Both the position numbers and the translations under genes were made by a program. A DNA stretch of 64,000 bases from the IMG/VR virus record IMGVR_UViG_3300033992_000883, one strand, 5' to 3'. Shown here one piece after another: positions 19,693 to 29,085 of the stretch. Source of the stretch: an uncultured virus (IMG/VR IMGVR_UViG_3300033992_000883). Taxonomy: Duplodnaviria > Heunggongvirae > Uroviricota > Caudoviricetes. The notes under the pieces are model-generated. The model was not told the DNA's origin. It was given only the letters and a program-made list of their open reading frames with translations, and did not search any database. Position 1 is the first letter of the stretch, and the number at the start of each line of letters is the position of its first letter.

Positions 19693-22600
19693 TTATATAA
19701 ATTTTATTTGACCACCAGCAGCAAGTATTTTTCCTATCTCTTCTTGAGTAAGATCATATACTCCACCTTTCCTATATTGAGATTGCCCACCTCTTCTAAA
19801 AAATGCTGACTCACCTACATTACCAATAAAAGCAGTTGAACCTTCACCAGCTCCTTTTGAACCTTCTTTACCTTGTTCTTCATATCCGCCACCTACATCT
19901 GTTTGTGTAGGATTTACTCTATTATCAGAAGTAGTTAAATCACCCATCCAATTTTGAGCATATTGATTTTTTCTTCTATTTCCTCCACCAATTAAAAGTC
20001 CTGATCCTAATTGTTTAAGATTACCAATTGCTTTTGGTCTAAGTGTTCTTGCAGTTTCAATTTCATACTTTGTAGTAAAATCTTGTGGTGTTCCTTGAAC
20101 TTGTTTAGTATAATTTTCATTATAACATATATCACCCGGTCTTGCATTTAGCACTTGTTCTTCTGTACACGGACCAGCACCAATATTTGTAACACCACCT
20201 GTATTAGGATCAAAAGGTCCTGACCCACTAAATTGCCCACCTGGATCAAATGAAGGCATATAACCTCCATAAGCCATATAGGCTGGTACATAACCACCTT
20301 CTTTTTGTACAAGATTACTATAGCCTTTTTGTTTTGCCCAGTTATCAAATGACCCATATTGTTTTTTGTTAGGTTCATTTTCCCACATTTTATATACATT
20401 ACCTGCAGCTACAAGTTCTCTATTTCCAAGATCCCTTGTATTTTGTACTCTACCTGCAATTTCTTGTACACCTGCACCACTCATACCAAAACCATTACTG
20501 TTTCTTTGTTGCTGTAATTGTTGTTGTCTTTGAGCTTCAGCCATTCTTTGTTGTTCTGCAATTTTAGCTTGTTGAATATCATAAGCTTTTTTGTCAGCTA
20601 CTTGTTTATCTCTATAAGAACCTTCTGACATACCATCCATAGTACCCATCAAATTCATATCATCATTGGTAGCTGCACCTTCCCAAGGATCAGAATATTC
20701 TTGAAAATTTCTTGCCGTTTCTGGTTGCTGAGTAGGAATCTCTTGTATACCTCTTGCAGGTAAACTACCAGGATTTTCATACAAACCTTCTGTAAATCTT
20801 TTTAAGTCAGTTTGATTAGGATAAATACTATTATTACCTGTAGCCTGATTGAATTCATTTCCAACATTTTGATTCATTGCAGCATCAGGTGATGCCCCTG
20901 GTCTAGGTGCAATTTGACCTTGCTCTATTAAGTTTGTATTTTCTTTTGCAATTGCTTGTGGAGATCTATACCCTGGCATACCAGGAATACCTGCTAATAA
21001 ATTTTCAGCTTCAGCAAATGTCATTTTATTTTGTGACGGATTTGCATTTGATAAATCAGCAGTATTAGAAAAAGATTGCTGATTCTGCCAAAACTGAGAA
21101 GGTTGTAAATTAGTTTCTGAATTAGATGTTCCAGTTGCTGGATTAGCATTAACAGCACCTTTATTTCCTGTTGTACCTTGTAAAGCATTATTACCAGCAC
21201 CTACTGTTATTGGTCTTGTAGGAGCTGGAGTTTGATCTTCAATTGCATTCATTGCATCAGTCTGATCTCTCCAACTCATGTTCTCCCATGTTTCTTGATC
21301 AAATCCGTATCTTTCTGCTTGTGTTTTTCTTGGTTGTTCTGGTGCTGTAGAACTAGTTGCACTTGCATCAGATGCGGTTGTTGCGGTATTAGTAGCTCCT
21401 TTATTTTCATCACCTGGTAATACCATTGGTGCATGCCAATTACTTGTATTAGTATTAGTATTTGCTGTATTTGTATTTGCAGTATTAGTAGTTGTTGTTG
21501 CATTAGCATTTGGTTGCGTTGTTACAGTTGCATTAGGATTGTTAGGATCAAACCAACTATTTTTAACTGTTAATGTTTTTTTACCAGACCACCATGGACC
21601 TTTTTCATATTTCCATTCACTAGGCATATAACCTGGTGCAGGACCAGACGCTGTTGAACCTTGTCCTGGTTGTCCCGGTTGTGGTTGACCTGATTGTCCT
21701 GGGATATATCCTCCAGGAACTTTAACTATATTTCCTTTAGCATCTCTAGGAAAATCAATTTGTCTTGCCCATCTAAAATCTTTTTTTATTGGGTTAAACA
21801 TATCTAATAACTGTTGTCCAACAGATGGAGCAGTTGGATATGCATATGATCCTCCACCTTGTGTAGTATTTTGTGTTTGAGTAGTAGTTTTATTTTGGTT
21901 ATTTATTTCATTTTGTTTTTTAAGCCAGTCAGCTTCCCAAGTTTTCTTTTCTATTTCAAGTCTTTTTTTATACTCATCTTCTGTAAGATCTTTCCAAGTA
22001 GTTGCTCCAGGATTAGTATTTGCTGTATTTACTTGACTATCATTAGGACCAGCAAATCTATATAAACCACCATTCCTAAAATAAGGATCCATTACATTTT
22101 TAGAGTCATCAGCATATGCATTGTCATATGCAACAATTGGAGATATCGGCATTTCATTACCTCCATAGACAAACTTCTGAAGATTACCATAAGGATCCAT
22201 CTGAGGATTAGCCACAGGTCCCCCAAATTCTTTACCTGAAATAAATCTTTGTTTAGCTTTATTCCAACTATCTAATGAGTATCCTAGTTTTAAATATTCT
22301 TCTTCAATACCAGGAGCATCCATCATAGCTGGATTATTTTTTATAAGTTCATATAATACTTCTTCATCCGGATCAGGAAATCTAGATTTAAATTCAGAAT
22401 CATAAAGATTAGGATCAGTATTATCAGGAGCAGCAGCATTAGGATCTATAGCATTAGGATCTGTAGCATCAGCTGGTGTACCTTGAGGTGTCCATAGACC
22501 TGTTAAATAATCTACTTGTTCTTCAGGAAATTCTCTAATTACTCCAGCATTTGGATCCGCAGTTGCATTAAATTCTCCAGGGTTAATTACAGAACCTTTC

Positions 22601-24057
22601 ATCCATGGATACTGAGAAGTTTCAGCTTTTCTTCTTGCAGCTTCATCTGGCGAGATAGCTTCTACTTCATTACCTTGTGCATCATAAACCATTTCTGTTC
22701 CAGCAGGAGCAGGATTTAATTCCATATAACCAGGATATGATTTAGTAGTATTAGAATTATTATTAAGAGTAACATTATTATTTTTTGCAGGATCTGCTGC
22801 ATTATTTATTACTCTAGATTTAGTTCTTATGATTTCACCAGGATAACTTCTTGATGTACTCCAAGATGAACTATAACCACCCGGATAACTTCCCGGCATA
22901 TAACCATAAGAAGGACTTCCAAACATACTCATAGGAACTCCTTTAGCAGTCCATTCTCTTTTTCCTGTCCACCATGGTCCTTTTTTATATGTTAAATCAA
23001 TCAAAGGTCCTGTTTGACCTTGTGTTGTTTGACCTGTACCTTGACCTGATGCTTGAGGATTTTGTATAATATTTGGACTAATAACTTGTAAATAGTTAGG
23101 CATTCCTGGGACACCGAAATAACCAGCAGCTACATCTCCAAACATATTTTGGAAATCTTTTTGAGCTCTTTTCATTTCTCTACCTCTTCTTGCTTCTGGT
23201 ATATTTTCAAAACCAGCACCGTGTATTTGATTCATAGGTTGTTTAAATATATTTGATACTGCATCAGAATAAGCTTTAAGATGATGTTCATCTGCTTCAG
23301 GGTCTCCCGTTTGTACTTGCATACCATCTTGACCCATAGGTATTCCAGATTGTTGCTTTAAATTATTCATTGTGGTAAATAATTTTTTAGCAATACCCTC
23401 ATTTCCTAAATCTTTTACACCTCTTCTAAATGCATTAACAAATGCTTGTCTACCATCTATTGGGCTATCTAGAGTAGAGGATTGATTTGATTGATTTTGT
23501 TCAAGACCTTCACTAGCTTTTCTTAAACCTTTTACAATATTTTTTACAAATTTTCTTTTATTCACAGTTCCTCCTTTTTTTTCTTTATCTAACTCTTCAT
23601 CCTCTGCAGTTACTTCTTCCTCTTCCTCTTCAGTATCTTCAGCTTCTGTATCTTCATCTTCTTCTTCATAATCTGCATATGGATCATTCTCACTTACCCA
23701 AGGTTCATTTATGTTATATAAAGGTTCTCTTTTTACAGGTTCTACTTCTTGATCTTCAGTTTCTTGATTGATTATATTTTCACCAGTGTCAAGAGTTTGA
23801 TCCATGATAAAACTTCTAACTTCTTCAATCTTATCTAAAGCTTCTAATGGATCTAAGTCATATTCATTTTGTAGAGTGTCAATAATATCTGAGTTGTCTT
23901 TATTAGCACCGAGCTCATTCATTATAGTTTCCTCAATGTCATACTCATTCATTTTCATCTGCATCCCATACCGTGCTTTTGGTAAACCAGTAAACTTGTT
24001 TAGTTTGCTAATAAACTTACCAGTACTTCCGCCAGCTTTGTAAATTCTAACTTTCAT
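19693..24057 (-). CDS. Low-complexity putative cargo protein (1454 aa)
   Basis: Long ORF with acidic, N/T-rich and Q/G/P-rich tracts and multiple xxxGG motifs; lies between muzzle and ejected-protein genes. Confidence 0.6.
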   Translation of the reverse strand: MKVRIYKAGGSTGKFISKLNKFTGLPKARYGMQMKMNEYDIEETIMNELGANKDNSDIIDTLQNEYDLDPLEALDKIEEVRSFIMDQTLDTGENIINQETEDQEVEPVKREPLYNINEPWVSENDPYADYEEEDEDTEAEDTEEEEEEVTAEDEELDKEKKGGTVNKRKFVKNIVKGLRKASEGLEQNQSNQSSTLDSPIDGRQAFVNAFRRGVKDLGNEGIAKKLFTTMNNLKQQSGIPMGQDGMQVQTGDPEADEHHLKAYSDAVSNIFKQPMNQIHGAGFENIPEARRGREMKRAQKDFQNMFGDVAAGYFGVPGMPNYLQVISPNIIQNPQASGQGTGQTTQGQTGPLIDLTYKKGPWWTGKREWTAKGVPMSMFGSPSYGYMPGSYPGGYSSSWSTSRSYPGEIIRTKSRVINNAADPAKNNNVTLNNNSNTTKSYPGYMELNPAPAGTEMVYDAQGNEVEAISPDEAARRKAETSQYPWMKGSVINPGEFNATADPNAGVIREFPEEQVDYLTGLWTPQGTPADATDPNAIDPNAAAPDNTDPNLYDSEFKSRFPDPDEEVLYELIKNNPAMMDAPGIEEEYLKLGYSLDSWNKAKQRFISGKEFGGPVANPQMDPYGNLQKFVYGGNEMPISPIVAYDNAYADDSKNVMDPYFRNGGLYRFAGPNDSQVNTANTNPGATTWKDLTEDEYKKRLEIEKKTWEADWLKKQNEINNQNKTTTQTQNTTQGGGSYAYPTAPSVGQQLLDMFNPIKKDFRWARQIDFPRDAKGNIVKVPGGYIPGQSGQPQPGQPGQGSTASGPAPGYMPSEWKYEKGPWWSGKKTLTVKNSWFDPNNPNATVTTQPNANATTTTNTANTNTANTNTNTSNWHAPMVLPGDENKGATNTATTASDASATSSTAPEQPRKTQAERYGFDQETWENMSWRDQTDAMNAIEDQTPAPTRPITVGAGNNALQGTTGNKGAVNANPATGTSNSETNLQPSQFWQNQQSFSNTADLSNANPSQNKMTFAEAENLLAGIPGMPGYRSPQAIAKENTNLIEQGQIAPRPGASPDAAMNQNVGNEFNQATGNNSIYPNQTDLKRFTEGLYENPGSLPARGIQEIPTQQPETARNFQEYSDPWEGAATNDDMNLMGTMDGMSEGSYRDKQVADKKAYDIQQAKIAEQQRMAEAQRQQQLQQQRNSNGFGMSGAGVQEIAGRVQNTRDLGNRELVAAGNVYKMWENEPNKKQYGSFDNWAKQKGYSNLVQKEGGYVPAYMAYGGYMPSFDPGGQFSGSGPFDPNTGGVTNIGAGPCTEEQVLNARPGDICYNENYTKQVQGTPQDFTTKYEIETARTLRPKAIGNLKQLGSGLLIGGGNRRKNQYAQNWMGDLTTSDNRVNPTQTDVGGGYEEQGKEGSKGAGEGSTAFIGNVGESAFFRRGGQSQYRKGGVYDLTQEEIGKILAAGGQIKFI

Positions 24058-24074
24058 AATAATGCATTATATAC

Positions 24075-24090
24075 TAATATACTAAATTTT
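24075..24090 (-). promoter_or_regulatory. GTATATTA promoter-like motif
   Basis: AAAATTTAGTATATTA upstream of the 1454-aa gene. Confidence 0.55.
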
Positions 24091-24115
24091 AATTTAATTG
24101 ATAAACTTACTAAGT

Positions 24116-25642
24116 TTAATCTAATTCTTCTACTATGTAACCTTGATCTATATATTCTTTTATTTTACTTTTAGGTATGTCAAGTTCTATATAGTTATTA
24201 GTTGATCCACCTTTTGCATAACCTTTTTTACCATAATCAAAATTACCACTCTTAAGTCTATCTAATTCTCTTAACTGAGCTTCAGTAACCATACCATCTT
24301 GTTTATTAGCAGTTTTAATAAGATCATTATAGAACTTTCTATTAGCAGCAGACATTTTTTTACTATCATAACTATCTAATAGTTGCTTATAGTAATTCAT
24401 GTTTTTCTTAACTGTAGCTCCACCACTTGGTCCTAATAACATCATAGGTCCAGGAGGTCTATCAAAGAATTGTTTTAATCTACCTGATATACCTGCATTA
24501 GGAGAACCTGGTAATTCAGTTGGTACTTCTTTATATCCTTTTAACCAATGTTGTTTTAATAATCTTCCTTCAGATACAGGTACTTCAGCCATGTCTGCTA
24601 TCCATGGTGTATATTCACCAGATGCATTAGCTGGTGATACAAATGGCATACCTTCTTTATTTACACCTGATGTTTCAAACATAATAGTTGGTCTACCATG
24701 TGCACCAGAACCAGTTTGTTCTAACATTGATATATCTTTACCTTCAACAAAATAAGGTCTTGGATATGTTGCTTGGTCAGCACTTTTAATAACTCCTGTA
24801 TTTAATGCATCTTCTAAACCTTTATTACCAATCTGTCTATAAAATTTGTTTGGATCTTCTTTAAATGCCCACGGATTTATTTTATAAGCATTTTTTATAG
24901 CTGCTCCTGCAAATGGTGCTGTTTGTAAAACATCCATTCCTATTTGTCCTGCACCACTCCAAGATGGATCTTTAGCAAAATCATATACATCAGGAGCTAA
25001 TCTTGCTGCACCTTCCATAGCTCCTATTGCCATTCCAACCGGAGTCATGTAAGCAGCAGCTTTAAATACTGGATTATTAACTACAGCAGCATGTCCTTCT
25101 ATAGCTGCTTGATTGATTGCCTCTTGATTTATTCTATCAGCCTCTTCTTTGCTAGATGCATATATAGGTTCACCTGTAATTACATTAGTACCTTTAGCTT
25201 TACCAAAAGTTGCTGGATCAAATCCTGCTCCTTTTATAGATTCTTCATATGCTTTTTTATTTTCAATATCAGCATAATAATTTTTTTCTGCAAGTTTTTC
25301 TTTTTCTCTTGATGCTTTAGTTTTATCATCTACTTTAGTTACTGATTGTGGTTGAATTTTATCTAGTCTAACTAGTGCTCCTGATTCTGGATCAAATCCC
25401 CATTTACCACTATATAATCTATCTTTTATTTGATCATTGTATTCTGAACTTATAGCATTGGGATCAGCAGAATGCATTGCCCAATTAGCTACACCATCAA
25501 TATATTTCTTATCATTTTTTAATGTATATAACTTAGTACATTTAGTTCCATTCCAATAAGTTCCAGTAGGACAACCTTTTTTATCACCCCCTTTTGCAAA
25601 TTTATTTAATGATGGTATACTTGTTATTCTATACTTTTTCAT
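24116..25642 (-). CDS. Putative cargo/effector protein (508 aa) with a possible ADP-ribosyltransferase-like domain
   Basis: Hydrophobic Ala/Gly helices followed by FYRQIG..GLEDALNTGVIKS..RPYF..IMFE; terminal tags shared with neighbouring genes. Confidence 0.5.
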   Translation of the reverse strand: MKKYRITSIPSLNKFAKGGDKKGCPTGTYWNGTKCTKLYTLKNDKKYIDGVANWAMHSADPNAISSEYNDQIKDRLYSGKWGFDPESGALVRLDKIQPQSVTKVDDKTKASREKEKLAEKNYYADIENKKAYEESIKGAGFDPATFGKAKGTNVITGEPIYASSKEEADRINQEAINQAAIEGHAAVVNNPVFKAAAYMTPVGMAIGAMEGAARLAPDVYDFAKDPSWSGAGQIGMDVLQTAPFAGAAIKNAYKINPWAFKEDPNKFYRQIGNKGLEDALNTGVIKSADQATYPRPYFVEGKDISMLEQTGSGAHGRPTIMFETSGVNKEGMPFVSPANASGEYTPWIADMAEVPVSEGRLLKQHWLKGYKEVPTELPGSPNAGISGRLKQFFDRPPGPMMLLGPSGGATVKKNMNYYKQLLDSYDSKKMSAANRKFYNDLIKTANKQDGMVTEAQLRELDRLKSGNFDYGKKGYAKGGSTNNYIELDIPKSKIKEYIDQGYIVEELD

Positions 25643-25644
25643 AA

Positions 25645-28600
25645 TTAAATTTCTTCAAATGTATAACCTAAACTTTCTAAATAGTTTTTAGTAGCTTCAT
25701 CTACTTCATCACCTAATTCATAATTTACTGCACCACCCTTTTTATAATCAGATAATAGTTCATATGGATCTCTATCTGGATTTTCTTCCCATTCAGGTGT
25801 TTGATGATTATAAGCAGCATTATTTATATTTCCTACTTTAACCCATTCAGTATCATACGGTGGTTTTTTTAGTATAGCATTATTAAAGACATAAAAAACT
25901 TCTTTATCATATAAGTTTTGTGATACCTTTTTAAAATGAGTTTGCATTTCAGCAGGACTCATTAATAAGTCTATACTATTTGCAGATCTTAAATATACTG
26001 TATTTACATCACCTAATTTTCTTTTGTTAAGCATATTTGCTATATCATAATCAAATGACATTGGTATAGATTCTACATCTAATGGTAATGCTGATTTCCC
26101 ATGTTTCTTGAATGTTTTAATTTCTGATGGTATATCTGTAGCAATTACTTTAATATTTTTCTTTTTAATATTTGGATTACTTGCAAGTTCATATGTAGAT
26201 ACACCAGCTAAAGCAGGATTAGAGTTTCCTAAACCTGAACCAATATCAATAATTACAGAGTTAGCTCCTGCATGATCTGCAAAGAATAATTCAGAGTCTC
26301 TGTTTCTTTTAACATCTGTTCTATTCATTATATCCTGACCTCTCTCTGGGAATAGTCTATATCTTGTATAATCATTGAGCTGTCTATTTAGAACATCTTC
26401 ATCATTAACACCCTGCCCTTGAATATTTTTATAAGGATTTTCATTTAGTGATTCAGGATTAACTAAGTTATATACAGGAGGATTATCTGAACCTTTAGTA
26501 AAGTAATTTAATGATTGACCTAAATCAGTATCTTTCCAATCTTTTAATCTTACATTTGATTTAGGTTCTACTATAGGTAGATTTAAATTTCCAGAACTGT
26601 TCATTCTGTTTTGAGCTTGAACTTTTTCAATATTCTGACCTTGTGCAAATGTACTTGCTGCATTATTTGATATAGGTTGAGAAGATGGTTTTCTAGTTAT
26701 TGATGGTGCAGGTATATTAGACTGTTCATAAATGTTACCTTTCATCATATTAACTAGCATAGGATTAAGATCACTTTTATTTGCTTTAGGTGCATTACTA
26801 GTTTGTACTACAGGTGCAGCAACATTATATGCTTTTGGATCAAATGACATTAATTCTCCTGTTATAGGATTTTTTAAACCAAAAGTTATTTCTTTTGGTG
26901 TTTGTTTTTTTGGTGTTTCTTTTTTAGGAGTTGTTTTTTGAGGCTTTGGTCTTTCATATGTTTTTGTATTCCAAATAGCTCCTGTCATTAAATTAGAAGA
27001 TGAACTAGGTTTTTCAGGACCGGCTGCATATTTTGCAGATAATCTTTTAGTAGGTTGACTAGGTTTGCTTTGACTTTTCTTATTTGCAAATAGTTCTGGA
27101 AATCTATAAATCAAACCTTCTCTGGTACCTATTCTTTCTCTAACTAGTTGGTCTAAACTGTAACCTTTATCAACTAGATCACCAACCATTTTATTATATC
27201 TCTTATCATCATTCTCATCTTTAGCAACAGAAGTTTTTGGTTCACCAAATTCACCAGCTAATAATCTTTTATGTAGTTCAATGTTTTTAGTATAACTACC
27301 ATCTGTTAATCCTTTCTTTTTAGCTTGAGACCATGGAGTACCTGTAATGTTTTCCCATTGTTCAGAAATTGTACCACCTCCTGCAAATTTATTCAATGTA
27401 GATATAGCACCACCTACTTTAGAATACTGTGGTATATTCTCATCACCTTCTTGTTGAGGTTTATTTTTAGAAATATTTTGTAGCATCCAAAGAATCTCTT
27501 CATCATTGAAATCTCTTCTTAAATCATTAATTGGTTGCATTGGTTGCCAATTTTCAGAATCTCTTTCTTTGTTTATATAATTTTGAAATATTTCAGGAGT
27601 TATCTGTTCAGTAAATGGATCATATACACCTTCTTTTTTTGCAGTCATTCTAATTTCACCAAGTCTTGCTCTAGTTTCATGAGGTGATGATACATAATCA
27701 TGAGCAAAAGATTTCCAATTTTCTGGTGCTTTTTGCTTTCTAATTTTTGCATTTTTAGTATCCCAATCTACCCAGTCTTTTAATTTTGTATTAAATTCAG
27801 GATCTTCAGGATTTTCACCCATTTCAATCATTTGATTTTTCCAATACTCTTCACCTTTTGGTAAATAGCTTCCTTTTTTTTGAGCTATTTTATAATCTTC
27901 ATTATCTTTCCAATTAGAACCTCTATGTGTAGTAATATACATTGAATCAGAAGGTGGTATTACTCTATTATGCCATTCTGGAGAATCTTGCGGAAATCTT
28001 GGATCTTTATATAACATCCAATCTGGATAGTTTTGTATTGTATCATTATCATTAACATACCAACTATTTTGTGTACCAGCAGCCATGTTAACAAGTTCAG
28101 GTGTTGCATTAGACAATTTTACACCCATATTATATGCAGGATGATCAGTTTTAAATAACTCTCTTGGTCTATCTGATGAATGGATTAATTCATGTGTATA
28201 TAAAGTTGGACCATATTCATATCCTCCTGGAAATACTTCAACTTGTCCTGTATCACTAAAAGACCAGGCTGCTGGTTGTATTCCATCTGACTGTTCTTCT
28301 GATTCTTTTTCCATTATGTTTAATGGAGGTAAGTCAGCTAGATTTTTCTTTCTTAAACTTGTTAAGTAGTCTGCATTTTTTTGATTACCTTGAAAACTAT
28401 TTAATACCATTTGATTATACATAGGTGAATCATGCCAGTCTTTAACAAACTGCAAACCTTCTTCATAATATTTAGGTTCATTTACCTTAGCAGTTTCAAT
28501 TGCTTGTAATCTTTCTTGTTCTCTATTATATGCATCTATATCAGTTAATTCTTGTTCTGTAAGTTCTTTAGTTGTAATAGGTTCATAATAAAGTTCTCCT

Positions 28601-29085
28601 GTTTCAGTTTTTGGTAAATCAAAAGGTTCTTCTGAAGCATTTAAAACTTCAATAGATTCATTTTGAGTTACTGGTTTTTCATTTTTATTTCTTCTTAATT
28701 TTTTAGATTTTTTATCTTTTGAACCACCATCTATAAATCTATTTAAAGAAGGTATAGAAGGATCATCTATCTCTTCAACTATATAACCACCCTTAACATA
28801 TTTGTCTATATCTTCTTGAGATAAATCTAATTCAAGATAATTTTTTTCACCACCATCAACAAAATACATTGATGTTGGATCATATATTTTCTTCTTGTAA
28901 TTCTTTTTTTTAAGCAAAGGATTTTTTGCAAACAATCTATTTGTAGCTTGAAGATTACTAGAAAACTTTTTACTACCTCCTTTTTTCATCTGAGGTTTAT
29001 CTAAGTCTGAATCTTTTTTCTTAGCTGCTGGTTCCTTCTTGCCTAAATCATTAAGTGCCTGAAGAAAAAATTTTTTATTATACAT
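25645..29085 (-). CDS. Multidomain putative cargo protein (1146 aa): zincin metalloprotease plus SAM-methyltransferase-like domain
   Basis: HELIH with downstream HETRAR; VIIDIGSGLG...VIATDI. Confidence 0.6.
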   Translation of the reverse strand: MYNKKFFLQALNDLGKKEPAAKKKDSDLDKPQMKKGGSKKFSSNLQATNRLFAKNPLLKKKNYKKKIYDPTSMYFVDGGEKNYLELDLSQEDIDKYVKGGYIVEEIDDPSIPSLNRFIDGGSKDKKSKKLRRNKNEKPVTQNESIEVLNASEEPFDLPKTETGELYYEPITTKELTEQELTDIDAYNREQERLQAIETAKVNEPKYYEEGLQFVKDWHDSPMYNQMVLNSFQGNQKNADYLTSLRKKNLADLPPLNIMEKESEEQSDGIQPAAWSFSDTGQVEVFPGGYEYGPTLYTHELIHSSDRPRELFKTDHPAYNMGVKLSNATPELVNMAAGTQNSWYVNDNDTIQNYPDWMLYKDPRFPQDSPEWHNRVIPPSDSMYITTHRGSNWKDNEDYKIAQKKGSYLPKGEEYWKNQMIEMGENPEDPEFNTKLKDWVDWDTKNAKIRKQKAPENWKSFAHDYVSSPHETRARLGEIRMTAKKEGVYDPFTEQITPEIFQNYINKERDSENWQPMQPINDLRRDFNDEEILWMLQNISKNKPQQEGDENIPQYSKVGGAISTLNKFAGGGTISEQWENITGTPWSQAKKKGLTDGSYTKNIELHKRLLAGEFGEPKTSVAKDENDDKRYNKMVGDLVDKGYSLDQLVRERIGTREGLIYRFPELFANKKSQSKPSQPTKRLSAKYAAGPEKPSSSSNLMTGAIWNTKTYERPKPQKTTPKKETPKKQTPKEITFGLKNPITGELMSFDPKAYNVAAPVVQTSNAPKANKSDLNPMLVNMMKGNIYEQSNIPAPSITRKPSSQPISNNAASTFAQGQNIEKVQAQNRMNSSGNLNLPIVEPKSNVRLKDWKDTDLGQSLNYFTKGSDNPPVYNLVNPESLNENPYKNIQGQGVNDEDVLNRQLNDYTRYRLFPERGQDIMNRTDVKRNRDSELFFADHAGANSVIIDIGSGLGNSNPALAGVSTYELASNPNIKKKNIKVIATDIPSEIKTFKKHGKSALPLDVESIPMSFDYDIANMLNKRKLGDVNTVYLRSANSIDLLMSPAEMQTHFKKVSQNLYDKEVFYVFNNAILKKPPYDTEWVKVGNINNAAYNHQTPEWEENPDRDPYELLSDYKKGGAVNYELGDEVDEATKNYLESLGYTFEEI

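Noticed and set aside
21440..21515. Short tandem GTATTA/GTATTT repeats
   Set aside because: They encode an in-frame Asn/Thr low-complexity linker; there is no repeat-spacer structure, so this is not CRISPR.
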